Origin: an uncultured Clostridia bacterium
GTDB taxonomy: Bacteria; Bacillota; Clostridia; Oscillospirales; CAG-272
Assembly: GCA_948466345.1 (NCBI GenBank)
Contig: CAOKAC010000006.1
Coordinates: forward strand, 36,200-100,199
Direction of reading: 5' to 3'
Length of the DNA: 64,000 nt
Position 1 is the first letter of the stretch, and each line of letters starts with the position of its first letter. Under the pieces are notes generated by a model. It saw nothing but the letters and a program-made list of their open reading frames with translations, was not told the origin of the DNA and did not search any database. Below are positions 18,234-26,902 of this stretch, in pieces. Made by a program: the position numbers and the translations under genes.

Positions 18234-20471
18234 TTATCTAGGCTCAATTACCGGCCCGCTGCCGGAGTACAATCTTCTGTTAAAATCGATGGGATATGTT
18301 TGCTGCTGGATCCTGCTGAATACCTCTGCCAGTTCTGCCGCCGAAATTGGATTTCTGGCGCCATAATATGTGTCGGTCTCTCCTGGAATCACATCGTAAA
18401 AGCTCATTTTTTCCACTGGATAATACGACCACCGGGAAGGCGGCACATCCTGGTATTTGGCCTCATGAAAATCAATGGTATCCGGCAATGCCAAAATACG
18501 ATCAAAAATGGTTGCCAGTTCTTCCTTTGTCAAATTTTGACTAGGGCCGAACATATTTTCTCCAATCCCTTCAATAATGCCTCGACGGCGCAACGCGTTA
18601 ATCAGACCACTGCCCCAGTAGTCCACTGTATCAGAAAACGCTTCTCCTCCTGGCTCAGGCGTCAGACCGATTAAGTCCCCAATAACGACAGCCGCCTCAC
18701 CTCGGGTCAGTGGAGTATCCGCCGCTACAGGACGGTTGTTCCCACTACTATTCAGAATCCCAAGGATCCGTTCCAAAATTTCTTCATCGACAGCTGGCGG
18801 CGGGGGAGCAGGAACAATCGGGGGTACAGGCGGCGCTGTGCCCCCGTTTAAAGCCGCGGAATAAAAGTCCCATATTTCTGGAATTTCCTGTCCCAACGCC
18901 CAACTGCCCACACCTCTCAGATTTTCACGGTCAATGGTCTCAAGCTTCCATCTGGTAGACGCCGGGCTGTCATACCAAATATCGTAAACGCCGGGGGAAA
19001 GCACACGTCCGCCCCAAATTTGCGGAAGTGGATCCCCCTCTCGGATGATTACCGTCGCATTCGCCGACATGGTAGGCTGATCAAACCGAGTGGTAGCGGT
19101 ATAATTGTCCAAAAGAAACTGAACATCCTCCGCTGCAATACCGATTCCGCCCGCCGGGTCGCCGGTCTTCCAATATCGTCCATAAAAAGGAATTCCCATC
19201 ACAATCTTATCTCTGGGAACACCTTGATTGAGAGCATATTGAATGGAGCCCTCAAAAAAGTCGCTGCCGGCCACAGGACCAGGAGGACTTCCCACATAAG
19301 ATTCATCGTACGCCATGACCATGAGATAATCTGCAATAGACGCCAAGCGCGGATAATCATAAGAGCCCTGCCATCCTATCGTCAAATTATAGGGGTTGGC
19401 TGCAACCGCAACAGATAAAATTTTATCGGGGTCCAGGGCATCTCGCACTGATTCCACAAAAGCGGTATACGCGTCTCTTTGCTGCTCATTCACATTTTCA
19501 ATATCGATGTTTACACCGTCTAAGTCATACTGTTCCACCGTCTGGGCAATTTGCTGACTTAAAGCCTGTCGATTGTTCAGAGCGACAATTCCCTTGGCCC
19601 GATCCCAGTGATTGGAGATAAAAGGAACCACCTGAATGTTTTGTCGGTGCATTTCATTGATAAATTCTGTATCTATTTTCCCCGCGGGAGAGATCAGCAG
19701 ATTTCCTGCATCGTCTACTTCAAAGTAATCCGGGTAAATGGTATGAATGGAGTCATTGGTTTCATCCAGAATTTTCTTGTATGCTGCGCTATTGCCGGCA
19801 TATAAATACGTAAGACTTTCTCTTCCTTCTCTGGAAACAGGTGAAATAGAAGGAAGAATCGGCTCTGCCTCTTCCATCGGAAGATAAATCTCCTGCCCTA
19901 CATAAATAGAATTTGGATCCTCAATCTGCGGATTGGCCTCCAGCAATTCTTCTATTGTTGTTCCCAAACGCCTGGCGATCCCCCACAAGGTATCCCCTGC
20001 CTGCACCGTATAAGAAGCCTCCGCGTCGGCGGCCGTTGCAACAACATCTACTGGGCCACTTCTGTATTGGCCGGCCAGACGCCTAAATTCCTGTCCGCTT
20101 TTCTCGTTGTCCTGCTGCATGCTGCGTATACTACTACGAATACGAGAACGGCGAACATCGTCAAACGCATGATACACTCCTTCCATTTCCCGCCTGCCGG
20201 CTAAAATTCGGGCCGCGCCTTCTGCAGCAGAACGGACAGGAATCGTTTCCGACGCAGGAACAGCAGCGTTATGTCCCTTATAAAAACGGTATATCTGAGT
20301 AAGCGTATGTAAATGCCCTTTGGCCTGCTGCCCCAAACTGCGAAACCGCATCCGTTCCTGGCGGTTCTTTGTCTGCCTCTCCAATGTAGTACAGATATGT
20401 ATTTCACGATTTTTACAGCGAATCGCCTTTTCCAGCATACAGATTCTGTTCTGTAGTACAGATTCATTCAT
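18234..20471 (-). CDS. LysM + glycoside hydrolase family 18 (YaaH/SleL-like) + C-terminal SLH-repeat protein
   Basis: LysM at aa 154-197 (YTVQAGDTLWGIARRLG...YVGQEIYLP). GH18 catalytic DGVNIDIE. Pro-rich linker PPVPPIVPAPPPP. SLH-like repeats (FSDTVDYWGSGLINALRRRGIIEG...). No signal peptide. Confidence 0.8.
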   Translation of the reverse strand: MNESVLQNRICMLEKAIRCKNREIHICTTLERQTKNRQERMRFRSLGQQAKGHLHTLTQIYRFYKGHNAAVPASETIPVRSAAEGAARILAGRREMEGVYHAFDDVRRSRIRSSIRSMQQDNEKSGQEFRRLAGQYRSGPVDVVATAADAEASYTVQAGDTLWGIARRLGTTIEELLEANPQIEDPNSIYVGQEIYLPMEEAEPILPSISPVSREGRESLTYLYAGNSAAYKKILDETNDSIHTIYPDYFEVDDAGNLLISPAGKIDTEFINEMHRQNIQVVPFISNHWDRAKGIVALNNRQALSQQIAQTVEQYDLDGVNIDIENVNEQQRDAYTAFVESVRDALDPDKILSVAVAANPYNLTIGWQGSYDYPRLASIADYLMVMAYDESYVGSPPGPVAGSDFFEGSIQYALNQGVPRDKIVMGIPFYGRYWKTGDPAGGIGIAAEDVQFLLDNYTATTRFDQPTMSANATVIIREGDPLPQIWGGRVLSPGVYDIWYDSPASTRWKLETIDRENLRGVGSWALGQEIPEIWDFYSAALNGGTAPPVPPIVPAPPPPAVDEEILERILGILNSSGNNRPVAADTPLTRGEAAVVIGDLIGLTPEPGGEAFSDTVDYWGSGLINALRRRGIIEGIGENMFGPSQNLTKEELATIFDRILALPDTIDFHEAKYQDVPPSRWSYYPVEKMSFYDVIPGETDTYYGARNPISAAELAEVFSRIQQQTYPIDFNRRLYSGSGPVIEPR

Positions 20472-20480
20472 AATATAACA

Positions 20481-20517
20481 TCACCCCTTTGCACACAGTG
20501 TATGTACAAAGGGGTGA
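20481..20517 (-). promoter_or_regulatory. 10-bp hairpin that sequesters the GH18 gene Shine-Dalgarno sequence
   Basis: TCACCCCTTT (20481-20490) pairs perfectly with AAAGGGGTGA (20508-20517). On the minus strand the 3' arm AAAGGGGTGA is the SD, 9 nt before the ATG at 20471. Confidence 0.4.
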
Positions 20518-20537
20518 ATCCGTTATCTTTATAAAAA

Positions 20538-22244
20538 TTATTCTGCCTTGTGTTTTTCCGCATCTCTCGCTCGAATTTCCGTACGACGAATTTTTCCGCT
20601 GGTGGTCTTAGGCAGCTCCGCTGCAAATTCCACGATACGAGGGTATTTATACGGCGCAGTCACTTTCTTTACATGATTTTGCAGTTCCTTTTTCAGCTCA
20701 TCAGAAGGGGCAAAGCCTTTTGCCAAAACAATGGTAGCCTTTACAACCTGTCCACGAATAGGATCCGGCGCAGCTGTAACCGCGCATTCTAATACAGAAG
20801 GATGCGTCATCAACGCGCTTTCTACCTCAAATGGACCAATCCGGTATCCGGAGCACTTGATCACATCGTCTCCTCTTCCCTCAAACCATAAGTAGCCATC
20901 TGAATCCCGCCATGCCAGGTCTCCAGTATCGTACATACCACCTCTCCAGGCCTTCTCTTGTGCTGCCGCATCCTTTCGGTAATCGGTGAAAAGGCCCACC
21001 GGATGCTCAGCACTAGCATTCCGTACAACGATTCTGCCAACCGTACCATCTTCACAGGAGATGCCCTCTTCATCTACTATATCAATATCATACAGGGGAG
21101 AGGGCAAACCAGTAGACCCCTGCTTGATCGGATCCCAGCCAAAATTCGCTATAATAACAGAAGTTTCTGTCTGTCCGAATCCCTCATGGATCTCCAGTCC
21201 GGTGGCTTCTTTAAAGCGATAGAATACTTCTGGATTCAGCGGTTCCCCCGCTGTGGTACAGTGATGGATGGAGGTAAAATCTCCCTTGGACAAATCCTCT
21301 TTAATTAAAAACCGATATATCGTAGGCGGTGCACAAAATGTTGTAGGACGCACCTCTCCAATTACACGCATAAGGAAGTCGGGATGGAACCGCCCTGTAT
21401 CAAAGGCAACTAATGCGCTGCCGGCAATCCACTGGCCAAAAATTTTGCCCCATCCGAATTTTGCCCAACCAGAGTCGGCCATCGTGAAATGGACTCCATC
21501 GTCTTCAACCTGCTGCCAATATTTCGCGGTAGTAATATGCCCCAGAGGATATGTAAAATTGTGCGCGATCATTTTGGGCATGCCCGTTGTGCCGGAAGAA
21601 AAATATATAAGCATCGTATCGTCCATACAAGACGCATTCTCCCCGGTGGGCCGGATAAATTCTACAGACGCCGCCTGCATTTCAGCGCGGAAATCCATAA
21701 ACTCGTCACCATACCGCGCCTGCACATCGTCACCAACAAGAGCAATGGTCCGTACTCCCGGACATACGTCCCTGCTGGCACGCATATGCTGAATAACCTC
21801 CTCATCCTCTGCCATGCAAACCATTTTCACATCTGCACACTCGCAGCGATATATAATGTCTTTGGGTGTGAGCTGATAAGTAGCCGGGATCACAGTAGCG
21901 CCAAGCTTCATCAGCGCAATAATGATCAGCCACGCCTCCACACGCTCCTTCATCATCATCATAACCACGTCTCCCCGTCCGATTCCGCAGGAAGCAAACA
22001 TATTGGCGCATTGATCGGAAAGGCGCTTTATATCTCCAAAACTATAGCGGGTGATGACGTCGCTTTCATCTACATGGATCAGCGCTTGCTTTCCAGGGCA
22101 CAGACGCGCATATTCATCTACAACGTCATAACCGAAATTAAAATTTTCCGGAATATTTACTTTATAATTCTTCTTAAAATCTGCATAGGAATCAAATTCT
22201 ATGCGAGGCAAAAATTTGGACAAAAGATTCATTGAAACAACCAT
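20538..22244 (-). CDS. AMP-forming acyl-CoA synthetase (medium-chain/ACSM-like)
   Basis: YFSSGTTGMPK (AMP-binding P-loop), GFGQTE, YDTGDLA, and PKTTSGKIRR at the C-terminus. The start is ambiguous (22244 or 22232). Confidence 0.8.
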   Translation of the reverse strand: MVVSMNLLSKFLPRIEFDSYADFKKNYKVNIPENFNFGYDVVDEYARLCPGKQALIHVDESDVITRYSFGDIKRLSDQCANMFASCGIGRGDVVMMMMKERVEAWLIIIALMKLGATVIPATYQLTPKDIIYRCECADVKMVCMAEDEEVIQHMRASRDVCPGVRTIALVGDDVQARYGDEFMDFRAEMQAASVEFIRPTGENASCMDDTMLIYFSSGTTGMPKMIAHNFTYPLGHITTAKYWQQVEDDGVHFTMADSGWAKFGWGKIFGQWIAGSALVAFDTGRFHPDFLMRVIGEVRPTTFCAPPTIYRFLIKEDLSKGDFTSIHHCTTAGEPLNPEVFYRFKEATGLEIHEGFGQTETSVIIANFGWDPIKQGSTGLPSPLYDIDIVDEEGISCEDGTVGRIVVRNASAEHPVGLFTDYRKDAAAQEKAWRGGMYDTGDLAWRDSDGYLWFEGRGDDVIKCSGYRIGPFEVESALMTHPSVLECAVTAAPDPIRGQVVKATIVLAKGFAPSDELKKELQNHVKKVTAPYKYPRIVEFAAELPKTTSGKIRRTEIRARDAEKHKAE

Positions 22245-22374
22245 GCCTTTCTCGCCTATGCGCATAGGCGCATAAGCAGCGTGAAAACGGTGTATTTGGA
22301 GCAAGGCCTTCTCCTTTTTCACACTGGACACCTTTTTAGTACATCATTGATTGTGTTTTTAGCCGCAATAGCCA

Positions 22375-22929
22375 TCACTCGTTGATAACTGTGAGAAAAC
22401 GGGCAGGCGCATCCACACAATGCTGGCCGTGAGGAATACTCGGATTAAAATAAATGCTGTCGCCGGCACGCAACACATGCTCCCGCTGACCAATAGTCAC
22501 AACAACAGCACCCTCCAGTACAAAGTTAAATTCCTGCCCTGCATGCGTGACCAATTCCGGTTTTTCCGCTGAGGGCTGAAGTGCTACAATCATAGGTTCC
22601 ATTTCTCTGCCTATAAAATTGTAGGCAAGAGAGGTAAACTGATATCCTGCAAATCGCTCCACGCTGACACCCTTCCCTCCACGGACAATTGTGTAGTCCG
22701 CCATACGAGGGCTGTCTCCGCACAACAGAACGGTAGGGTCCACGCCAAACTCGCTGGCAATCAAATATAATTTTCCTACAGGAATGTCATCCTGTGCATT
22801 TTCATATGCCAGATACTCCGCCTCGCTGGTCCCAATTTTCTCAGCAATTTCTCCCGCAGACATACCCAAAATTTCCCGCATTTCGCGCACGCGAGACGCG
22901 ATCATTTTCAATTCGTCAATCATGATCAT
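22375..22929 (-). CDS. XRE-family HTH + cupin transcriptional regulator
   Basis: N-terminal HTH_3 (REMREILGMSAGEIAEKIGTSEAEYLAYE) and a C-terminal cupin (GQEFNFVLEG...GDSIYF....PHG). ATG at 22929 follows GGAAAGG. Confidence 0.8.
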   Translation of the reverse strand: MIMIDELKMIASRVREMREILGMSAGEIAEKIGTSEAEYLAYENAQDDIPVGKLYLIASEFGVDPTVLLCGDSPRMADYTIVRGGKGVSVERFAGYQFTSLAYNFIGREMEPMIVALQPSAEKPELVTHAGQEFNFVLEGAVVVTIGQREHVLRAGDSIYFNPSIPHGQHCVDAPARFLTVINE

Positions 22930-22948
22930 AATCCTTTCCAAGGTAGAT

Positions 22949-22968
22949 CCTTAATGAACCTTAATGAA
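22949..22968. repeat. perfect tandem 10-mer CCTTAATGAA x2 in the XRE-cupin gene leader
   Basis: Read directly: 22949-22958 equals 22959-22968. It lies 20-39 nt upstream of the ATG at 22929. Confidence 0.6.
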
Positions 22969-23069
22969 TATGGAAGTAGTATAGCATAAATTTGCAAAAT
23001 TGACAACTCTTTTTTTAATAATGCAGCTCCATTTTAAAAGAAATTCTACATATTTTGCATGTCCCGCTA

Positions 23070-23098
23070 TTGCTTTTTTCTTCCATGTACCGTATAAT
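23070..23098 (+). promoter_or_regulatory. sigma-A type promoter for the 23133 operon
   Basis: TTGCTT (23070-23075), 17-nt spacer, TATAAT (23093-23098). Confidence 0.45.
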
Positions 23099-23132
23099 AG
23101 ACAAAGATTCCAACATATAGAGAGATTATCTT

Positions 23133-24041
23133 ATGAAAATTGAACTGCAAAATTTCTTGAATCGATTTCCCTATCCCGCAGAAGCCAAAACGGCACTTTT
23201 GCAGGGACTTGACCAAATTCTTTCAAATGCAGACGCCTCTCGTCTGCTGCGCACTCCAATAGACGCCTACAAAGGCGGCGCAACGGTAAACTTCCCAACA
23301 GCCATACAAGAGGCTGCAGCAGCAGGCACTTTGGCTGGCGTACACGAATATACTGCTCAGTTTCTTTTGTTTGCCTGTCTGGGAGAGCCTCTGCGAATGC
23401 GCTATAAAGAAAAAGGGGTAGATGAGTCGATCTGGTATGATTCCATGATGGATCTGCTCTACAAGCTGAACGAATGTTATGCGGTACATGGCGTGTGGGG
23501 CACTTTTGTAGCTTTTTGGTTTGATCGTTTTTTTGAAATGACCCGGTTTGCGCTAGGACGGCTGCAATTTGAAGAAACTACCTACTATTTGTCCGACTCC
23601 TATAGTGGACATGGTATAACTATGAAGCGCGACGAAAAGAAAGTACTCAATCTTCACATTCCTTCTGGCAGGCCGCTTTGCCACAACGATGTACTGGATT
23701 CCTACAGACGTGCCTATCATTTTTATAACGATTTTACCATCAACGGCTTGCTGCCTATCATATGCGGATCCTGGCTGCTGTACGACAGAATGCAAGAATT
23801 TCTGCCTGCCGATTCCAATATTATCCGTTTTCAGCAGGATTTTGAAATTGTAAACCGCATAGAGCTTGGTGGCTTTGACGAGTGCTGGCGTATTTATAAT
23901 ATAAATTATCCCGGAGATCCCTCCCTGCTGCCCAGGAACACTTCCCTCCAGCGCAGATATGCAGATTGGCTTGCTGCCGGCGGCGTGTCGGGAACCGGGT
24001 ACGGAATCCTTTGGTTCGATGGAGAAAAAGTTGTAAAATAA
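23133..24041 (+). CDS. uncharacterised 302-aa protein, possibly the N-acyltransferase (NAT_N/GNAT_C-like) family
   Basis: Clear ORF with its own promoter. The FALGRLQFE and CGSWLL motifs resemble clostridial 'acyltransferase domain-containing' proteins from memory only, so the functional call is weak. Confidence 0.45.
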   Translation: MKIELQNFLNRFPYPAEAKTALLQGLDQILSNADASRLLRTPIDAYKGGATVNFPTAIQEAAAAGTLAGVHEYTAQFLLFACLGEPLRMRYKEKGVDESIWYDSMMDLLYKLNECYAVHGVWGTFVAFWFDRFFEMTRFALGRLQFEETTYYLSDSYSGHGITMKRDEKKVLNLHIPSGRPLCHNDVLDSYRRAYHFYNDFTINGLLPIICGSWLLYDRMQEFLPADSNIIRFQQDFEIVNRIELGGFDECWRIYNINYPGDPSLLPRNTSLQRRYADWLAAGGVSGTGYGILWFDGEKVVK

Positions 24042-24061
24042 ATCTATTTAGGAGTAAAAAT

Positions 24062-24331
24062 ATGCGAGCAATAATATCTGTAATCGGAAAAGATACCTTC
24101 GGCATTTTGTCTAAGGTCAGTTCCGTCTGTTTTGAAAACCGTGCCAATGTGGTGGACGTGAATCAGTCGATTCTGCAAGACATGTTTGTTATGGTCATGA
24201 TGCTGGACATATCCGATAAGGACTGTAAATTCTCAAGTCTGAAAGGCGATCTGGAAGCGCTGGGCGCACAGCTCGGTATGCAAATCAACATCATGCACGA
24301 AGATATCTTCAATTCTATGCATAGAATCTGA
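24062..24331 (+). CDS. ACT domain protein (UPF0237 family)
   Basis: [54 protein letters not shown] lies 7 nt upstream. It always pairs with the UPF0210 gene. Confidence 0.8.
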   Translation: MRAIISVIGKDTFGILSKVSSVCFENRANVVDVNQSILQDMFVMVMMLDISDKDCKFSSLKGDLEALGAQLGMQINIMHEDIFNSMHRI

Positions 24332-24342
24332 AAGGGGTACCC

Positions 24343-25701
24343 ATGCTGAATTTAGGCGACATAATGGAAACCATAAATATGATCCAGAATGAAAATCTGG
24401 ACATACGTACTATCACTATGGGGATTTCCCTGCTGGATTGCTGTGACAGTGATATTGACGCTTCCTGCCAAAAGGTGTATGAGAAAATCCTGCGCAAAGC
24501 TGGAAATTTAGTCACTGTAGGCGAGGATATATCTAAGCTGTATGGAATCCCGATAATCAACAAACGCGTATCAGTTACCCCTATTGCTATGCTGGTAGCA
24601 GCAAGCGGCGGTGATCCTGTAAAATATGCCAAAACCCTGGATCGGGCCGGCAAGGAAATCGGCGTTAATTTTATCGGCGGCTATTCTGCATTGGTACACA
24701 AGGGCTTCTCTGCCGGAGATCTGGAACTGATCCGCTCAATTCCCCAAGCTCTCAGCGAAACGGATCAAGTCTGTTCCTCTGTAAACGTAGGTACCACGAA
24801 AGCTGGTATTAACATGGACGCAGTTGCCCTCATGGGACAGGTAATTACAGACGCAGCGAAATATACGGCAGATAGAAACTGTATCGGTCCTGCAAAATTG
24901 GTGGTATTCTGTAACGCACCCGAGGATAATCCCTTTATGGCAGGCGCATTTCACGGAGTCGGTGAGTCGGACTGCGTCATCAATGTGGGCGTATCCGGTC
25001 CTGGTGTAGTAAGGGCCGCCCTTTCCAAATATCCGGATGCAGATTTAAACCGTATTGCAGATATTATCAAGAAAACAGCCTTTAAAATCACCAGAATGGG
25101 TCAGTTAGTTGGTACAGAAGCCTCCAAACGGCTGAACGTTCCGTTTGGCATCGTGGACTTGTCTCTGGCGCCCACTCCGGCGGTAGGCGACTCCGTTGCA
25201 CATATTCTGGAAGAAATGGGACTGGAAATGTGCGGCACCCATGGGACCACGGCAGCATTGGCTTTGTTAAACGATGCGGTAAAGAAAGGCGGCGTCATGG
25301 CCTCCTCTAATGTTGGCGGTCTCTCTGGTGCTTTTATTCCTGTATCTGAAGACGCGGGGATGATTGCAGCGGCCAGGGCTGGCGTATTAAATATCGAAAA
25401 GCTGGAAGCGATGACCAGCGTATGCTCGGTGGGATTAGATATGATTGTTGTACCTGGCGACACGAAGCCGGAAGTGCTCTCCGCAATCATTGCAGACGAA
25501 GCCGCTATCGGTATGGTAAACACGAAAACTACAGCTGTACGCATCATTCCAGCTATCGGTAAAGATATTGGCGACACGCTAGAATTTGGCGGTCTACTTG
25601 GCAGCGGTCCGGTAATGCGGTTAAACAAAAATGAGTCTCCTGCAAAGTTCATTGCGAGAGGCGGACGGATTCCAGCTCCACTGCAAAGCTTGAAAAACTA
25701 A
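24343..25701 (+). CDS. PFL-like UPF0210 (DUF711) family protein
   Basis: 452 aa with the N-terminal signature [20 protein letters not shown]. Confidence 0.85.
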   Translation: MLNLGDIMETINMIQNENLDIRTITMGISLLDCCDSDIDASCQKVYEKILRKAGNLVTVGEDISKLYGIPIINKRVSVTPIAMLVAASGGDPVKYAKTLDRAGKEIGVNFIGGYSALVHKGFSAGDLELIRSIPQALSETDQVCSSVNVGTTKAGINMDAVALMGQVITDAAKYTADRNCIGPAKLVVFCNAPEDNPFMAGAFHGVGESDCVINVGVSGPGVVRAALSKYPDADLNRIADIIKKTAFKITRMGQLVGTEASKRLNVPFGIVDLSLAPTPAVGDSVAHILEEMGLEMCGTHGTTAALALLNDAVKKGGVMASSNVGGLSGAFIPVSEDAGMIAAARAGVLNIEKLEAMTSVCSVGLDMIVVPGDTKPEVLSAIIADEAAIGMVNTKTTAVRIIPAIGKDIGDTLEFGGLLGSGPVMRLNKNESPAKFIARGGRIPAPLQSLKN

Positions 25702-25734
25702 AAGAAGCCTCCCTAGCACGGGAGGCTTCTTTTA
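25700..25734. terminator. bidirectional terminator between the UPF0210 gene and rbr
   Basis: AGAAGCCTCCC / GGGAGGCTTCT 11-bp stem (25703-25713 / 25720-25730) with A and T flanks, between convergent stops. Confidence 0.65.
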
Positions 25735-26268
25735 ATAATTTTCTGCTTTAATTTGAAAATAACTCTGCGGGTGAGCGCAAACGGGACATGTTTCCGGTGC
25801 CATCTTACCCACTGCGATATGCCCGCAGTTGCGGCACTGCCAGATCATGTCGCCATCTCTAGAGAAAACAAGGCCGCCGTTGACGTTTTCCAAAAGTTTC
25901 AAATATCTTGCCTCATGTTCTTTTTCCACTTTCGCTACGCCTTCAAACAGCTCCGCTATATGGTCGAATCCTTCTTCTCTTGCTTCTTTGGCAAAAGCTG
26001 CATACATGTCGGTCCACTCATAATTTTCTCCTTCGGCAGCCGTCTTTAAATTCTCTGCCGTAGTGCCGATGCCACCGTTAAGCAGTTTATACCACATTTT
26101 TGCGTGTTCTCTCTCATTCATAGAGGTTTCTTCAAAAATGGCTGCAATCTGCTGATATCCATCTTTTTTTGCCTTAGACGCATAATATGCATACTTATTG
26201 GTTGCCTGGGATTCGCCGGCAAATGCTGCCATCAGATTCTGTTCCGTCCTGGATCCTTTTAATTCCAT
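25732..26268 (-). CDS. rbr: rubrerythrin
   Basis: Ferritin-like diiron domain (EGE..E...MY, E.EH) plus a C-terminal rubredoxin, CRNCG...CPVC. ATG at 26268 follows GGAGGAAG. Confidence 0.9.
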   Translation of the reverse strand: MELKGSRTEQNLMAAFAGESQATNKYAYYASKAKKDGYQQIAAIFEETSMNEREHAKMWYKLLNGGIGTTAENLKTAAEGENYEWTDMYAAFAKEAREEGFDHIAELFEGVAKVEKEHEARYLKLLENVNGGLVFSRDGDMIWQCRNCGHIAVGKMAPETCPVCAHPQSYFQIKAENY

Positions 26269-26293
26269 ATTTTCTTCCTCCAAAATTTAAAAT

Positions 26294-26677
26294 TTATATG
26301 TTAGTGCAAGTGTTTTCTTCGCACGCAGCACATATACATTGTAAAAGGAGTTGGGTATCAAGCAGTCGGCATCCTTCCGGGATACAATGATCTGGTATGT
26401 ATGTCACTCCCGCTGGAAGATCAAAAAGCCGACCACATCCTCTACACACCGCATGATCGTGTTTGGAAATATCTCCGTCAAAGCGATCTGGTCCATCCAT
26501 CACAGGAATACGCAAAATCTCTCCTCTAGCACTCATAGCTGACAAATTTCTATAAACAGTTCCCATGGATATATGCGGCAATTCCTTTTTAGCCAACTGG
26601 TAAATCATCTCCGCATTCGGATGGGTTTTACCGGCGGCTTTCAGGGCATTCCAAACAGCCTTTCGCTGAATCGTCAT
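26294..26677 (-). CDS. Fur-family (PerR-like) transcriptional repressor
   Basis: Winged helix (MGTVYRNL), HDHAVCRGCG and a C-terminal CxxC. It sits directly upstream of rbr. Confidence 0.8.
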   Translation of the reverse strand: MTIQRKAVWNALKAAGKTHPNAEMIYQLAKKELPHISMGTVYRNLSAMSARGEILRIPVMDGPDRFDGDISKHDHAVCRGCGRLFDLPAGVTYIPDHCIPEGCRLLDTQLLLQCICAACEENTCTNI

Positions 26678-26775
26678 AAAAACTCCCAAAAATATTTAAT
26701 AATAGTTCTTATTCTTATTTTAGCATGAATTTCCTATTTGTCAAGAAATTTTTTCGTGTTACAGATACTAATTTC

Positions 26776-26794
26776 GATAATAATGGATAAATAT
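26776..26794. promoter_or_regulatory. candidate Fur-family box in the perR/moxR divergent region
   Basis: GATAATAATGGATAAATAT resembles GATAATGATAATCATTATC-type boxes. The match is by eye only. Confidence 0.25.
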
Positions 26795-26902
26795 TTTGCT
26801 AAATTGTTGTATTTTTTCACAATAGATGTTATACTGATTTCTATAGTTATTGTATCTTTTAACAATACATTTTGACTTTTTACAGGAGGACTCCGTACAA
26901 AA

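Noticed and set aside
20472-20537. A possible c-di-AMP (ydaO-type) riboswitch upstream of the LysM/GH18 wall hydrolase.
   Set aside because: The gap is only 66 nt and holds a single simple hairpin, which is far too short for that riboswitch class.
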